Assembly: GCA_017857175.1 (NCBI GenBank)
Contig: JAFMDS010000005.1
Location: 1,865 to 65,864 of the forward strand
Direction of reading: 5' to 3'
Length of the DNA stretch: 64,000 bases
Source of the DNA: Candidatus Nanopelagicales bacterium
GTDB taxonomy: Bacteria; Actinomycetota; Actinomycetes; S36-B12
Shown here in pieces: positions 19,160 to 26,978 of the stretch; position 1 is the first letter of the stretch, and each line of letters starts with the position of its first letter. The notes under the pieces were generated by a model. It had not been told where the DNA came from. It did no database searches and saw only the letters and a list, made by a program, of their open reading frames with translations. The position numbers and the translations under genes are program-made.

Positions 19160-20328
19160 GTGCCATTCGCAGGATCCACGAGTCCACCTTCAATGGACTC
19201 CGCATCAATTTTCTCAAGAGTCCGGCTCAAGGCCGCCGACACTGTTTTGGGCACCACACCCAATTGCCGTGCAACTTCCGCTCTGCCCAGACCCTCCCAG
19301 AACGTGAGATAGGTGGCTGCCAGTGCCAATGGGTCCTGACTCTTTCTCGAGGCCGAGGACGGATCGTTGACGGCATCAAAGATCGCCTTGGTTAGCGCAG
19401 CATCTCTACTACGTGTGAGTGCTTCTTCAGAAACATCCGTGTCCGCCGGTATTTGGGTTGTCGAGCCAAATGGTTCATCAAATGCGCCGCTCGAAATCAT
19501 GTCTGGGCGGCGAACCTGGGCCAACTGCGAAATGGCGGCCTCACGGCGCCGCAATTCCGTGACACTGACTCCCAATGCATCCGCTCTGTCAACAATACTC
19601 ATTGGAGGACCACCATCAGCCTGGCTTGATTCGCTGATGCGACCTAACGCCACTCGATCCTCTACCAAGGACCTGCCATATGTGGCGCGCGCCAGATCTT
19701 GCGGCCAAGTTTTGAGTTTTCCGAACGCAAAGGCCGTGAAATTGAGTGTTCCATTTCGTCCAGTGCGCTGGGAATCAAAACGATCCGCCAAGTCATGTAC
19801 AAAGAGATACATCATCCCTTTGATGTCATCATGGTCAACACCATCGAGCTCGATCGCGACTCTTTGTCTGACGGAGAATGAGCGGGGATAGAGCCACTCC
19901 ACGCAGGATCCGATCAACTCGCCCACCAGGCCCGGTTCAATGGAGTCGAGGTCACGAAAAGGAACGTCTCGTTCAATTCTCAAGTTGATGGGGTCATTCC
20001 CCTGCTCGAGACACAGGGCCCGGATCTCTTCGCGTGCCACTTCCCCACTGCCCGCGGTAACCCAGATTCGATGTTGCCCGTCACTCCATTGCCGCGTAAA
20101 TACTTCTACCAAGCTGGGGTTGCGACCGGGTAAAGATTCAATGATCTGTCGAATATCAAGTGGCTCGTGGGTATCCCAATGGATGCGATCGCAGCGTCTG
20201 GGTTGCGCCTGATTAAGAATCTCCGTTTCGTGGAGACCTCGAACATAGATATCGGGGACTTTTCGTCCAGATCTATTTGTTGAAGTCGTTATAAATTCAT
20301 CTTCTGATTTTTCATCCTCGGAATTCAT
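19156..20328 (-). CDS. Divergent sigma-70-family-like protein with an about 150-aa N-terminal extension
   Basis: Region-2-like DIKGMMYLFVHDLADRFDSQRTGRNGTLNFTAFAFGKL (RFD...F.A.A pattern). Region-3-like SIVDRADALGVSVTELRR. Region-4 HTH-like LAATYLTFWEGLGRAEVARQLGVVPKTVSAALSRTLEKI. Confidence 0.5.
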   Translation of the reverse strand: MNSEDEKSEDEFITTSTNRSGRKVPDIYVRGLHETEILNQAQPRRCDRIHWDTHEPLDIRQIIESLPGRNPSLVEVFTRQWSDGQHRIWVTAGSGEVAREEIRALCLEQGNDPINLRIERDVPFRDLDSIEPGLVGELIGSCVEWLYPRSFSVRQRVAIELDGVDHDDIKGMMYLFVHDLADRFDSQRTGRNGTLNFTAFAFGKLKTWPQDLARATYGRSLVEDRVALGRISESSQADGGPPMSIVDRADALGVSVTELRRREAAISQLAQVRRPDMISSGAFDEPFGSTTQIPADTDVSEEALTRSRDAALTKAIFDAVNDPSSASRKSQDPLALAATYLTFWEGLGRAEVARQLGVVPKTVSAALSRTLEKIDAESIEGGLVDPANGT

Positions 20329-20333
20329 GGCGA

Positions 20334-20768
20334 TTAGCCAACGAGGTGAAGGACGCGTGCGTCGCCCACGATACTTGCGGGCTCCATTGCAAGAAACGCT
20401 TGAGCCGCCTCGGCCTCAGCGGATCCACGTGCAGGTAGTGCAGCGAGGACAGGCTCACATGAACTTAATCGTTGAATGATCTGTGACATGAGGTTCATTG
20501 CAGAGATCGCTCGCGGTGATGCGTTCCTGATCTCCTCGAGGGTACCCAGGGTGATGGAAAAGGTGACGCTCAGCGCTTGATCATCGTGACTCAACCCGAC
20601 AAGGCTTACCGGTACCGATTCCGCAGCATCAAAGATAGCTGTCAACGCCTTGGCCACGGGTGCGAATTTCTCCAACGAACTTGTCAACTTAAGTCCGACA
20701 TCAAGCTGCGTGCTCAGGCCCGCGAAATCGTCGAGGAAAGAGTCTGGTGCAATTTCGTTGCTACTCAT
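20334..20768 (-). CDS. Hypothetical protein (pilus-locus orphan), first gene after the pilA gap
   Basis: 144 aa, no TM, no motif recognised. Strong GAAGGAGGAG RBS upstream of ATG 20768. Only 5 nt separate its stop from the sigma-like gene's start. Confidence 0.55.
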   Translation of the reverse strand: MSSNEIAPDSFLDDFAGLSTQLDVGLKLTSSLEKFAPVAKALTAIFDAAESVPVSLVGLSHDDQALSVTFSITLGTLEEIRNASPRAISAMNLMSQIIQRLSSCEPVLAALPARGSAEAEAAQAFLAMEPASIVGDARVLHLVG

Positions 20769-20831
20769 GAACTCCTCCTTCGACTCTAAATATTATGAGA
20801 ACTGTACTACGTCCCATATCGAACTACTTAC

Positions 20832-20862
20832 TTATGAAAGATCCTGGTTATGAGAGATCCTG
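20832..20862. repeat. Imperfect 15-bp direct repeat pair (TTATGARAGATCCTG, 16-bp period) in the gap after pilA
   Basis: Copies lie at 20832-20846 and 20848-20862, with 14/15 identical. The pair lies between the pilA stop (20933) and the next start (20768). Confidence 0.4.
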
Positions 20863-20932
20863 AAAATGAGTATGTTGGTCGACGAATTCCTCCGCCGACC
20901 AACACTCAAATGACACGATTTCAGGTCTCGAA

Positions 20933-21367
20933 CTACGACCCTGCCACAACCACGATGCCTGCAGAGGGGCACGTTTGCGTCGTTGGAGTAACGAACCCAC
21001 CCTGCGAGGAGTCGTACACGTAAACTTCCTGTGATTCGGCGTTGCAACCGACAATCGCATATGAACTGGTGTTGTTCGTAACTGAGATCCCATTGCCCTG
21101 CGAAATTGCTGCTCCATAGGGGGCGGTGGTGAGGTCTACCCCAGCGGCTGGGTACACGCCATTTTGTGTGTACGCAGTTTCGAGAACAGTTGCGACGTTG
21201 CGCAAATCCGATTCCACGGAGGCATTGCGGGCCGTGTTGCGCTGGTTGAGGAATACCGGAATAGCAATGGCGGCCAAAATACCGATGATGGCAACCACCA
21301 CGAGCAATTCGATGAGGGTGAACCCCGACTCGCGCTGGTCTCGTGGGGTGTAGATGCGAGATAGCAT
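20933..21367 (-). CDS. pilA: Type IV major pilin (prepilin with class III signal peptide)
   Basis: Leader MLSRIYTPRDQRESG followed by FTLIELLVVVAIIGILAAIAIP (G/F cleavage site, Glu+5). Two Cys near the C-terminus could form a D-region disulfide. CAGGAG RBS. Confidence 0.9.
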   Translation of the reverse strand: MLSRIYTPRDQRESGFTLIELLVVVAIIGILAAIAIPVFLNQRNTARNASVESDLRNVATVLETAYTQNGVYPAAGVDLTTAPYGAAISQGNGISVTNNTSSYAIVGCNAESQEVYVYDSSQGGFVTPTTQTCPSAGIVVVAGS

Positions 21368-21500
21368 GTTGAACTCCTGTCGAAGGACCCCTCATTGCTT
21401 CGGGGTAGCCCACCCACTCTGGGTAGACATTGAGGGTTTCGGACCAAAAAGACCAACAGATACCCGTCGTCGCGGAAAATTGTTAAAAATTTCTTCCCAA

Positions 21501-22718
21501 TTACCGAATGAGCTCGAAAATATTGAAAATCGGCAAATACAAGGCGATAATCATGCCTCCTACCAAGCCCCCTAGGACCACAATCATGATGGGCTCAATG
21601 AGGGCCATGAGTTGCTCGGTGGTGGCTTCGACCTCTTGGTCATAGAAATCGGCAATTTTGCCCAACATGTCGTCCAGGGCACCTGTTTCCTCGCCAACGG
21701 CGATCATTTGGACCACCATGTCGGGGAACACCGGGTGCTCGGTGAGTGGCTTCGCCATTCCGCTGCCTTGTCGGACGCTCTCTTTGACTGCCTCAACAGC
21801 ACGCGAAACAACCACATTCCCTGACGTATCGCCCACGATGTCCAGCGATGTGAGTATTGGAACACCTGCCTTAAGGAGCGCGGAGAAATTTCGCGAAAAA
21901 CGAGCGAGGGCCACTTTTTGGAACAAGTTACCAAAAACTGGAATCCTGAATTTTAACGGATCGACCACATTGCGAACGGCCAGCGATGTTCGGTTGCGTC
22001 GATACCAGATGACAAGTCCAGCCGTTATCGCAATCGTGGGGAGGAAAAAGATGGGATTCTTAAAGAGGTTCGAGAGGTTGACCAAGAGTTGAGTTGGAGC
22101 CGGCAAGCTTCCACCGAATGAGGCAAAAAGGTCAGAGAAAATGGGAACGACAAAAATGAGCATTCCAATTGTGATCGCAACCGCGATCACAGCCACGGCA
22201 ACCGGATATGTCAAAGCCGACTTGATCTTTCCACGAAGTCTGACATCAGCCTCTAACGATTCAGAAATCTCAATCATTGTGGTGTCAAGAAATCCACCAA
22301 CCTCGCCGGCCCTTGTCATGCTCACCATCAGAGGGGGGAATTCCTTGCGTTTGGACATGCACTCGGACAATGAGGAGCCTTTTTCAACCTCAAACTTAAT
22401 TTCCAACAGGATTTCTTGCAGCCGCACACTCTCGGTCTGCTCAGAGAGAATTGATAAGGAACGAAGGATAGGCAGCCCCGAGGAGAGCATAGTGGCAAAT
22501 TGTCGGGAAAAAATAGCAAGATCTTTGAGCTTTACTCGCCCTTTTCCTATTCTGATTTCCTTGTTAAATCCAGCGTTTGTGATCTCAACGGCAATCGGCG
22601 TCAATCCCAGTTGACGTATGCGTGAGACAGCCTCGGCTTCGGTTGAAGCTTTGATCTTTTGTTCAACCAAACGCCCTTGTCGCGACCGAGCTTTAACAAG
22701 GTAATCAGTTTGCGGCAT
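21501..22718 (-). CDS. pilC: Type IV pilus platform protein (GspF/PilC family)
   Basis: 405 aa with the duplicated T2SS-F domain architecture and 3 TM segments. Its start overlaps the pilT stop. Confidence 0.9.
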   Translation of the reverse strand: MPQTDYLVKARSRQGRLVEQKIKASTEAEAVSRIRQLGLTPIAVEITNAGFNKEIRIGKGRVKLKDLAIFSRQFATMLSSGLPILRSLSILSEQTESVRLQEILLEIKFEVEKGSSLSECMSKRKEFPPLMVSMTRAGEVGGFLDTTMIEISESLEADVRLRGKIKSALTYPVAVAVIAVAITIGMLIFVVPIFSDLFASFGGSLPAPTQLLVNLSNLFKNPIFFLPTIAITAGLVIWYRRNRTSLAVRNVVDPLKFRIPVFGNLFQKVALARFSRNFSALLKAGVPILTSLDIVGDTSGNVVVSRAVEAVKESVRQGSGMAKPLTEHPVFPDMVVQMIAVGEETGALDDMLGKIADFYDQEVEATTEQLMALIEPIMIVVLGGLVGGMIIALYLPIFNIFELIR

Positions 22719-23970
22719 CGTTGGTCACTCCCAATAATTGGTTGAGCTCTGAAAGATCCGAACTCTTTTCCGCTGCAACCCGGTATTCAACGGTGCCGTC
22801 AGACACTAAGCGCGCCAAATCCTGATTAAGGGTATGCATGCCTGATTTGGAACCCGTCTGCAGCGACGATGCAATGGACTGTAATTTACCTTCTCTGATC
22901 AAGTTGCGGATCGCAGGCGTCGCAATCATGATCTCCGTGGCGGCAACACGTCCCTTGCCATCGGACGTCTTGCACAAGGTTTGGCACACCACGGCTTCCA
23001 GTGAATTCGAAAGTTGGGTTCGCACCTGTGACTGTTGCTCGGGCGGAAATACATCGATAATCCTGTCAATCGTGCTTGCAGCGGAGCTGGTGTGCAAAGT
23101 TCCCAAGACGAGGTGACCGGTCTCAGCCGCCGTCAACGCAATGGAAATAGTCTCAAGGTCCCGCATTTCGCCCACGAGGATGATGTCTGGGTCCTGTCGC
23201 AGTGCATGCTTGAGCGCGTTGGCAAATGACCAAGTGTCCTGGCCCACCTCTCGTTGGCTCACCACACTCTGCCTGTGTTTGTGCACAAATTCAATAGGGT
23301 CCTCGATCGTCACGATGTGACTTTTTCGAGTTCGATTCGCCCTGTCCACTATTGCGGCAAGTGTGGTGGACTTGCCTGAACCAGTGGGTCCTGTCACGAG
23401 GACTAGACCCCGCGGCAAGCTCGACAGGTCCGCTAATTGTCCAGGCATATTGAGCGCCTCCAGTGGAAGAATCTCCCATGGAATTGTGCGAAACACCGCC
23501 CCCATGGATCCTTGCTGCTGCATTAAGTTGACACGAAATCTTGCAGCGCCTGGCAGTTCGTAGGCAAAGTCCAATTCTTTGTTCTCTTCAAATATTTGCT
23601 TTTGATGATCGGTGAGAATCGAATACACCGCCTCTTGTAATTGCCGTGGAGTGAGTGCCGAAGAAGCCGATGCTTGAGTGATCGGTTCAAGTTCACCGTT
23701 AATTCGAATCATGGGTGGTGAATTGACACTGAGGTGCAGATCGGATCCACCAACCTCGAGCAGGTGCAGCAATATGGAGTCCAGTGATAATTCGCGAATA
23801 TGAGCGCGCGGATCCCCTGGATGTAGCGCAATGATCCCTTGTTCAGAAGTGCCCGAGGGAATACTGGGAGCAAAATCTTGGGAACTGGAAACGGCTGACT
23901 GTGAGCCCGCAGATGGGTCTGCTACCGGCAAGGAGAAATCTTTGTTATTCACTGTGTCCGCCTCACGCAA
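22705..23970 (-). CDS. pilT: Type IV pilus retraction ATPase PilT (canonical), with an about 70-aa Ser-rich N-terminal extension
   Basis: Walker A GPTGSGKST, Walker B ILVGEMRD, His box TGHLVLGTLHT, and the PilT-specific AIRNLIREGK motif. Start uncertain: TTG 23970 versus GTG 23952, the latter with GAGG upstream. Confidence 0.88.
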   Translation of the reverse strand: MREADTVNNKDFSLPVADPSAGSQSAVSSSQDFAPSIPSGTSEQGIIALHPGDPRAHIRELSLDSILLHLLEVGGSDLHLSVNSPPMIRINGELEPITQASASSALTPRQLQEAVYSILTDHQKQIFEENKELDFAYELPGAARFRVNLMQQQGSMGAVFRTIPWEILPLEALNMPGQLADLSSLPRGLVLVTGPTGSGKSTTLAAIVDRANRTRKSHIVTIEDPIEFVHKHRQSVVSQREVGQDTWSFANALKHALRQDPDIILVGEMRDLETISIALTAAETGHLVLGTLHTSSAASTIDRIIDVFPPEQQSQVRTQLSNSLEAVVCQTLCKTSDGKGRVAATEIMIATPAIRNLIREGKLQSIASSLQTGSKSGMHTLNQDLARLVSDGTVEYRVAAEKSSDLSELNQLLGVTNDAAN

Positions 23971-25633
23971 TAATTCTTAGGACTTCGGGGATTGTGGTCA
24001 ATCCTTGAGCGACTTTAAGCCAACCATCTTGACGCAGAGTACGCATGCCCTGCTCTACCGCCAAAGCTTTGACTTCATCAGATGTGGCATTACGAACTGC
24101 CAATGCCGCTAAGCCATCGCTCATGGTCATAACTTCATGCAGGCCAACCCGTCCACGGAATCCCGTATCAGCGCACCGACTGCAACCGACCGGCTCAAAA
24201 AATGTTGCTTCAACATCTGGTGAATATTCAAACCCAACGGCCGCAAGTTCGTTCGGCGAAATTTTCACCGGACGCTTACAAGCCGGGCACAATCGTCGCG
24301 CAAGTCGTTGGCCTGAAGCGCAGGCCAATGCCGATGAAACCAGGAAAGGTTCAATTCCCATTTCAGTTAATCGAGTCAGGACACTTGGCGCATCATTGGT
24401 GTGCAAGGTGGTGAGGACCATATGACCGGTCAACGCTGATTCAATGGCAATGCGCGCTGTCTCATGGTCACGTATTTCTCCGATCAGGATGATGTCGGGA
24501 TCCGCTCGCAGGATTGATCTCAAAGAGGATGCAAATGTCAAGCCTGCCTTGGAATTAGTTTGAACCTGGTTAATCCCCGGTATTCGATATTCGACCGGAT
24601 CCTCGACAGTCACGATGTTTACTTCGGGTCGAACCATCGAATTGAGCGTTGCGTATAACGTGGTGGACTTTCCCGACCCAGTTGGCCCACTCACAATCAC
24701 CATGCCGTACGGACGGGTATATGACTCCCTCCACCGGAGGAGATTTTCCGGAGAGAAGCCAAGATCTGATAACTCCATCTGTGCAGCCGTGTTATCAAGA
24801 ATTCGCATGACAATTTTTTCACCCCACACGGTGGGGATTGAATTTACTCGGAGGTCAACCTTCTTTTTGTTGACCACAATTGTCAGGCGACCATCCTGTG
24901 GGATTCGCCGTTCAGCGATATCCATGTCTGAAATGATTTTGAGTCGTGAGATGAGCGCCGACTGCACTTCCTTTGGAGCAGGTGCGACTTCTTTCAGTAC
25001 ACCATCAATTCGATAACGAATTCGGATGTAGTCCTCTGACGGCTCGACGTGGATATCCGAGGCATTGTCCGAGATCGCTTGACTCAACAGCAGATTGACG
25101 TAACGAACCAGAGGAGCATCGGTGGTCGATGCAACTGGCGCAAGAATGTCGATTGCCTGTTCCTCGTGAAGCATGTCTTTGACAAGTTCGCCCAACTCTG
25201 TTTCGGCGCGGTACTCCATGTTGATTCGCGATGCAATCTCGGCCTTCATGCCACAAACAAAAGTGACCGGGTGTCGAGTTATGGCCTGTAGGTCATCCCT
25301 TATTTGCCAGTCGGCAGCAGTCTGCGAATCGGTCGCGATTAATAGTGCGTCGCCCGCAAAATCAATTGGAATTGCACCATATTTTCTGGCTTGATCTCCG
25401 GAGAGCAGTCCAGATGCGCTTGGATTAATTGTGAGGTCCATGATCTCAACAAACTGCAATCCCGCTGCTTCGACTGTCGCTTTAACAACTTGCCTCTTAG
25501 AAATGGCACCCATCGCCACAAGTGATTTGAGCGGATTGTCACCCTCGCGTCTTGAGTGGGAGATAACTTCATCGGCCTGATTTTGGGTGATCAAGCCTTG
25601 CCTGATTATTACGTCTAGAACCGACTCACTCAT
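23963..25633 (-). CDS. pilB: Type IV pilus assembly (extension) ATPase PilB/GspE family
   Basis: N-terminal T2SSE_N-like domain, Walker A GPTGSGKST, and a tetracysteine zinc motif (CPACK...CSRCADTGFRGR). The start is set at ATG 25633 (MSESVLDV..), which overlaps the upstream stop by 8 nt. Confidence 0.9.
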   Translation of the reverse strand: MSESVLDVIIRQGLITQNQADEVISHSRREGDNPLKSLVAMGAISKRQVVKATVEAAGLQFVEIMDLTINPSASGLLSGDQARKYGAIPIDFAGDALLIATDSQTAADWQIRDDLQAITRHPVTFVCGMKAEIASRINMEYRAETELGELVKDMLHEEQAIDILAPVASTTDAPLVRYVNLLLSQAISDNASDIHVEPSEDYIRIRYRIDGVLKEVAPAPKEVQSALISRLKIISDMDIAERRIPQDGRLTIVVNKKKVDLRVNSIPTVWGEKIVMRILDNTAAQMELSDLGFSPENLLRWRESYTRPYGMVIVSGPTGSGKSTTLYATLNSMVRPEVNIVTVEDPVEYRIPGINQVQTNSKAGLTFASSLRSILRADPDIILIGEIRDHETARIAIESALTGHMVLTTLHTNDAPSVLTRLTEMGIEPFLVSSALACASGQRLARRLCPACKRPVKISPNELAAVGFEYSPDVEATFFEPVGCSRCADTGFRGRVGLHEVMTMSDGLAALAVRNATSDEVKALAVEQGMRTLRQDGWLKVAQGLTTIPEVLRIIA

Positions 25634-26789
25634 GTAGACCTCTATACCCAGATTGTTTAAGTGACAATCGGAAGTCACTCATGGATGTAATAACACTTTC
25701 AGCTGACTCGAGGGAAACATCTCCCGCCAACACGCGTCGCACAGCGTCCTGTTGCAATGTAAACATTCCATAAAAATCGCCCTCCTGCATGATCTCAAAA
25801 AGCTGGGATGTTTTTTCTGGATTACTAATTGCCTGCTTCACCCTGGGTGTCGTAACGGCAATTTCTAGCAGCAAAGACCGCTTATCTGGGGTGCTAGATG
25901 CAACTAGGCGTTGGCTGATCACGCACTGGAGAACCTCCGCCAACACATTGCGAGCGTGTACCTGCTCCTCTTGTGGAAAGAGATCAATTGCCCGCTGAAC
26001 CGCATCAACCACGGATGCCGCATGAATACTCGCAAGAACCAAATGCCCCGTCTCAGCAGCTTGAAGCGCAATGGACATGGTCTCGAGATCTCTGATCTCA
26101 CCGATGACTATGACATCTGGGTCTTGGCGCAATCCCGACCGTAATGCGGAAGCAAAATCGGAAGTATCAATGCGCACCTCGCGTTGACTCACCGAAGAAA
26201 GCTGATCCGCGTGAAGGAACTCAATCGGGTCCTCGATCGTGAGAATATGAAAGGCGCGCTCAGCGTTGATAAGCCCCACCATCGCAGCTAACGTGGTGGA
26301 TTTACCTGAACCTGTTGGACCACAGATGAGGACCAAGCCGCTTGCCGCAAGTGCGCCTTGGCGTGCTGTCGCGGGAAGCCCCAGTTCCTCCAACGTGGGG
26401 ATCTGCTCACGCACATGCCGTAACACCATGGAGTCGAGCCCACGGGAACGATAAGCATTCACTCGGAACCTGCCCACGCCCGGAACATGTAGTGCAAAAT
26501 CGTGGTCACCACGAGCCACATAATCCGCTTGTGCCTCTGGCGTGCCGAGAGAGTTGTGCACACAATCAGCCGCCCAGTCAGCGTCGACCACTGGAAAATT
26601 GAGAGGCTGCAGTGCGCCACCAATTCGCGCCAACGGTGGCTTGCCCACCCTGAGGTGAATATCCGACGCTCGATGGTCCACGGCCTCGCTAAGGATTAAA
26701 TCGAGAGCCAAATCAGGCCGCCCCTGCTCAGAAGTGAAAAGTGGATCCACGCTCACCGGCGCCCATTGATCCACGACAGGAAGTTCCAT
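25626..26789 (-). CDS. Second PilT/PilU-family hexameric ATPase (lacks the AIRNLIRE motif)
   Basis: Walker A GPTGSGKST, Walker B VIVIGEIRD, His box TGHLVLASIHA. The position equivalent to AIRNLIRE reads PRVKQAISNPEK. It is the first gene of the long operon. Confidence 0.8.
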   Translation of the reverse strand: MELPVVDQWAPVSVDPLFTSEQGRPDLALDLILSEAVDHRASDIHLRVGKPPLARIGGALQPLNFPVVDADWAADCVHNSLGTPEAQADYVARGDHDFALHVPGVGRFRVNAYRSRGLDSMVLRHVREQIPTLEELGLPATARQGALAASGLVLICGPTGSGKSTTLAAMVGLINAERAFHILTIEDPIEFLHADQLSSVSQREVRIDTSDFASALRSGLRQDPDVIVIGEIRDLETMSIALQAAETGHLVLASIHAASVVDAVQRAIDLFPQEEQVHARNVLAEVLQCVISQRLVASSTPDKRSLLLEIAVTTPRVKQAISNPEKTSQLFEIMQEGDFYGMFTLQQDAVRRVLAGDVSLESAESVITSMSDFRLSLKQSGYRGLHE

Positions 26790-26910
26790 AGTGGGTGTTT
26801 CGGCTTAAAAGGGGGGCGAGTGGTCCTTAGTGCACGAAAATTCAAAAAAAATCACTAAAACGTGCCGCCGAGCGGTCACGCCATCCCAATTGGGCCGATA
26901 CCAACCCTAG

Positions 26911-26944
26911 GAAGTGACCAACTGACCGAAGTGACCAACTGACC
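26911..26944. promoter_or_regulatory. Perfect 17-bp tandem direct repeat (GAAGTGACCAACTGACC x2, giving four phased TGACC boxes) upstream of pilM
   Basis: Copies lie at 26911-26927 and 26928-26944. TGACC boxes start at 26915, 26923, 26932 and 26940. The repeat sits 35 nt upstream of the pilM ATG, inside the 189-nt divergent gap. Confidence 0.45.
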
Positions 26945-26978
26945 TAAGCGGCCGCGAAGCGAGGAGACGAACCTACCC

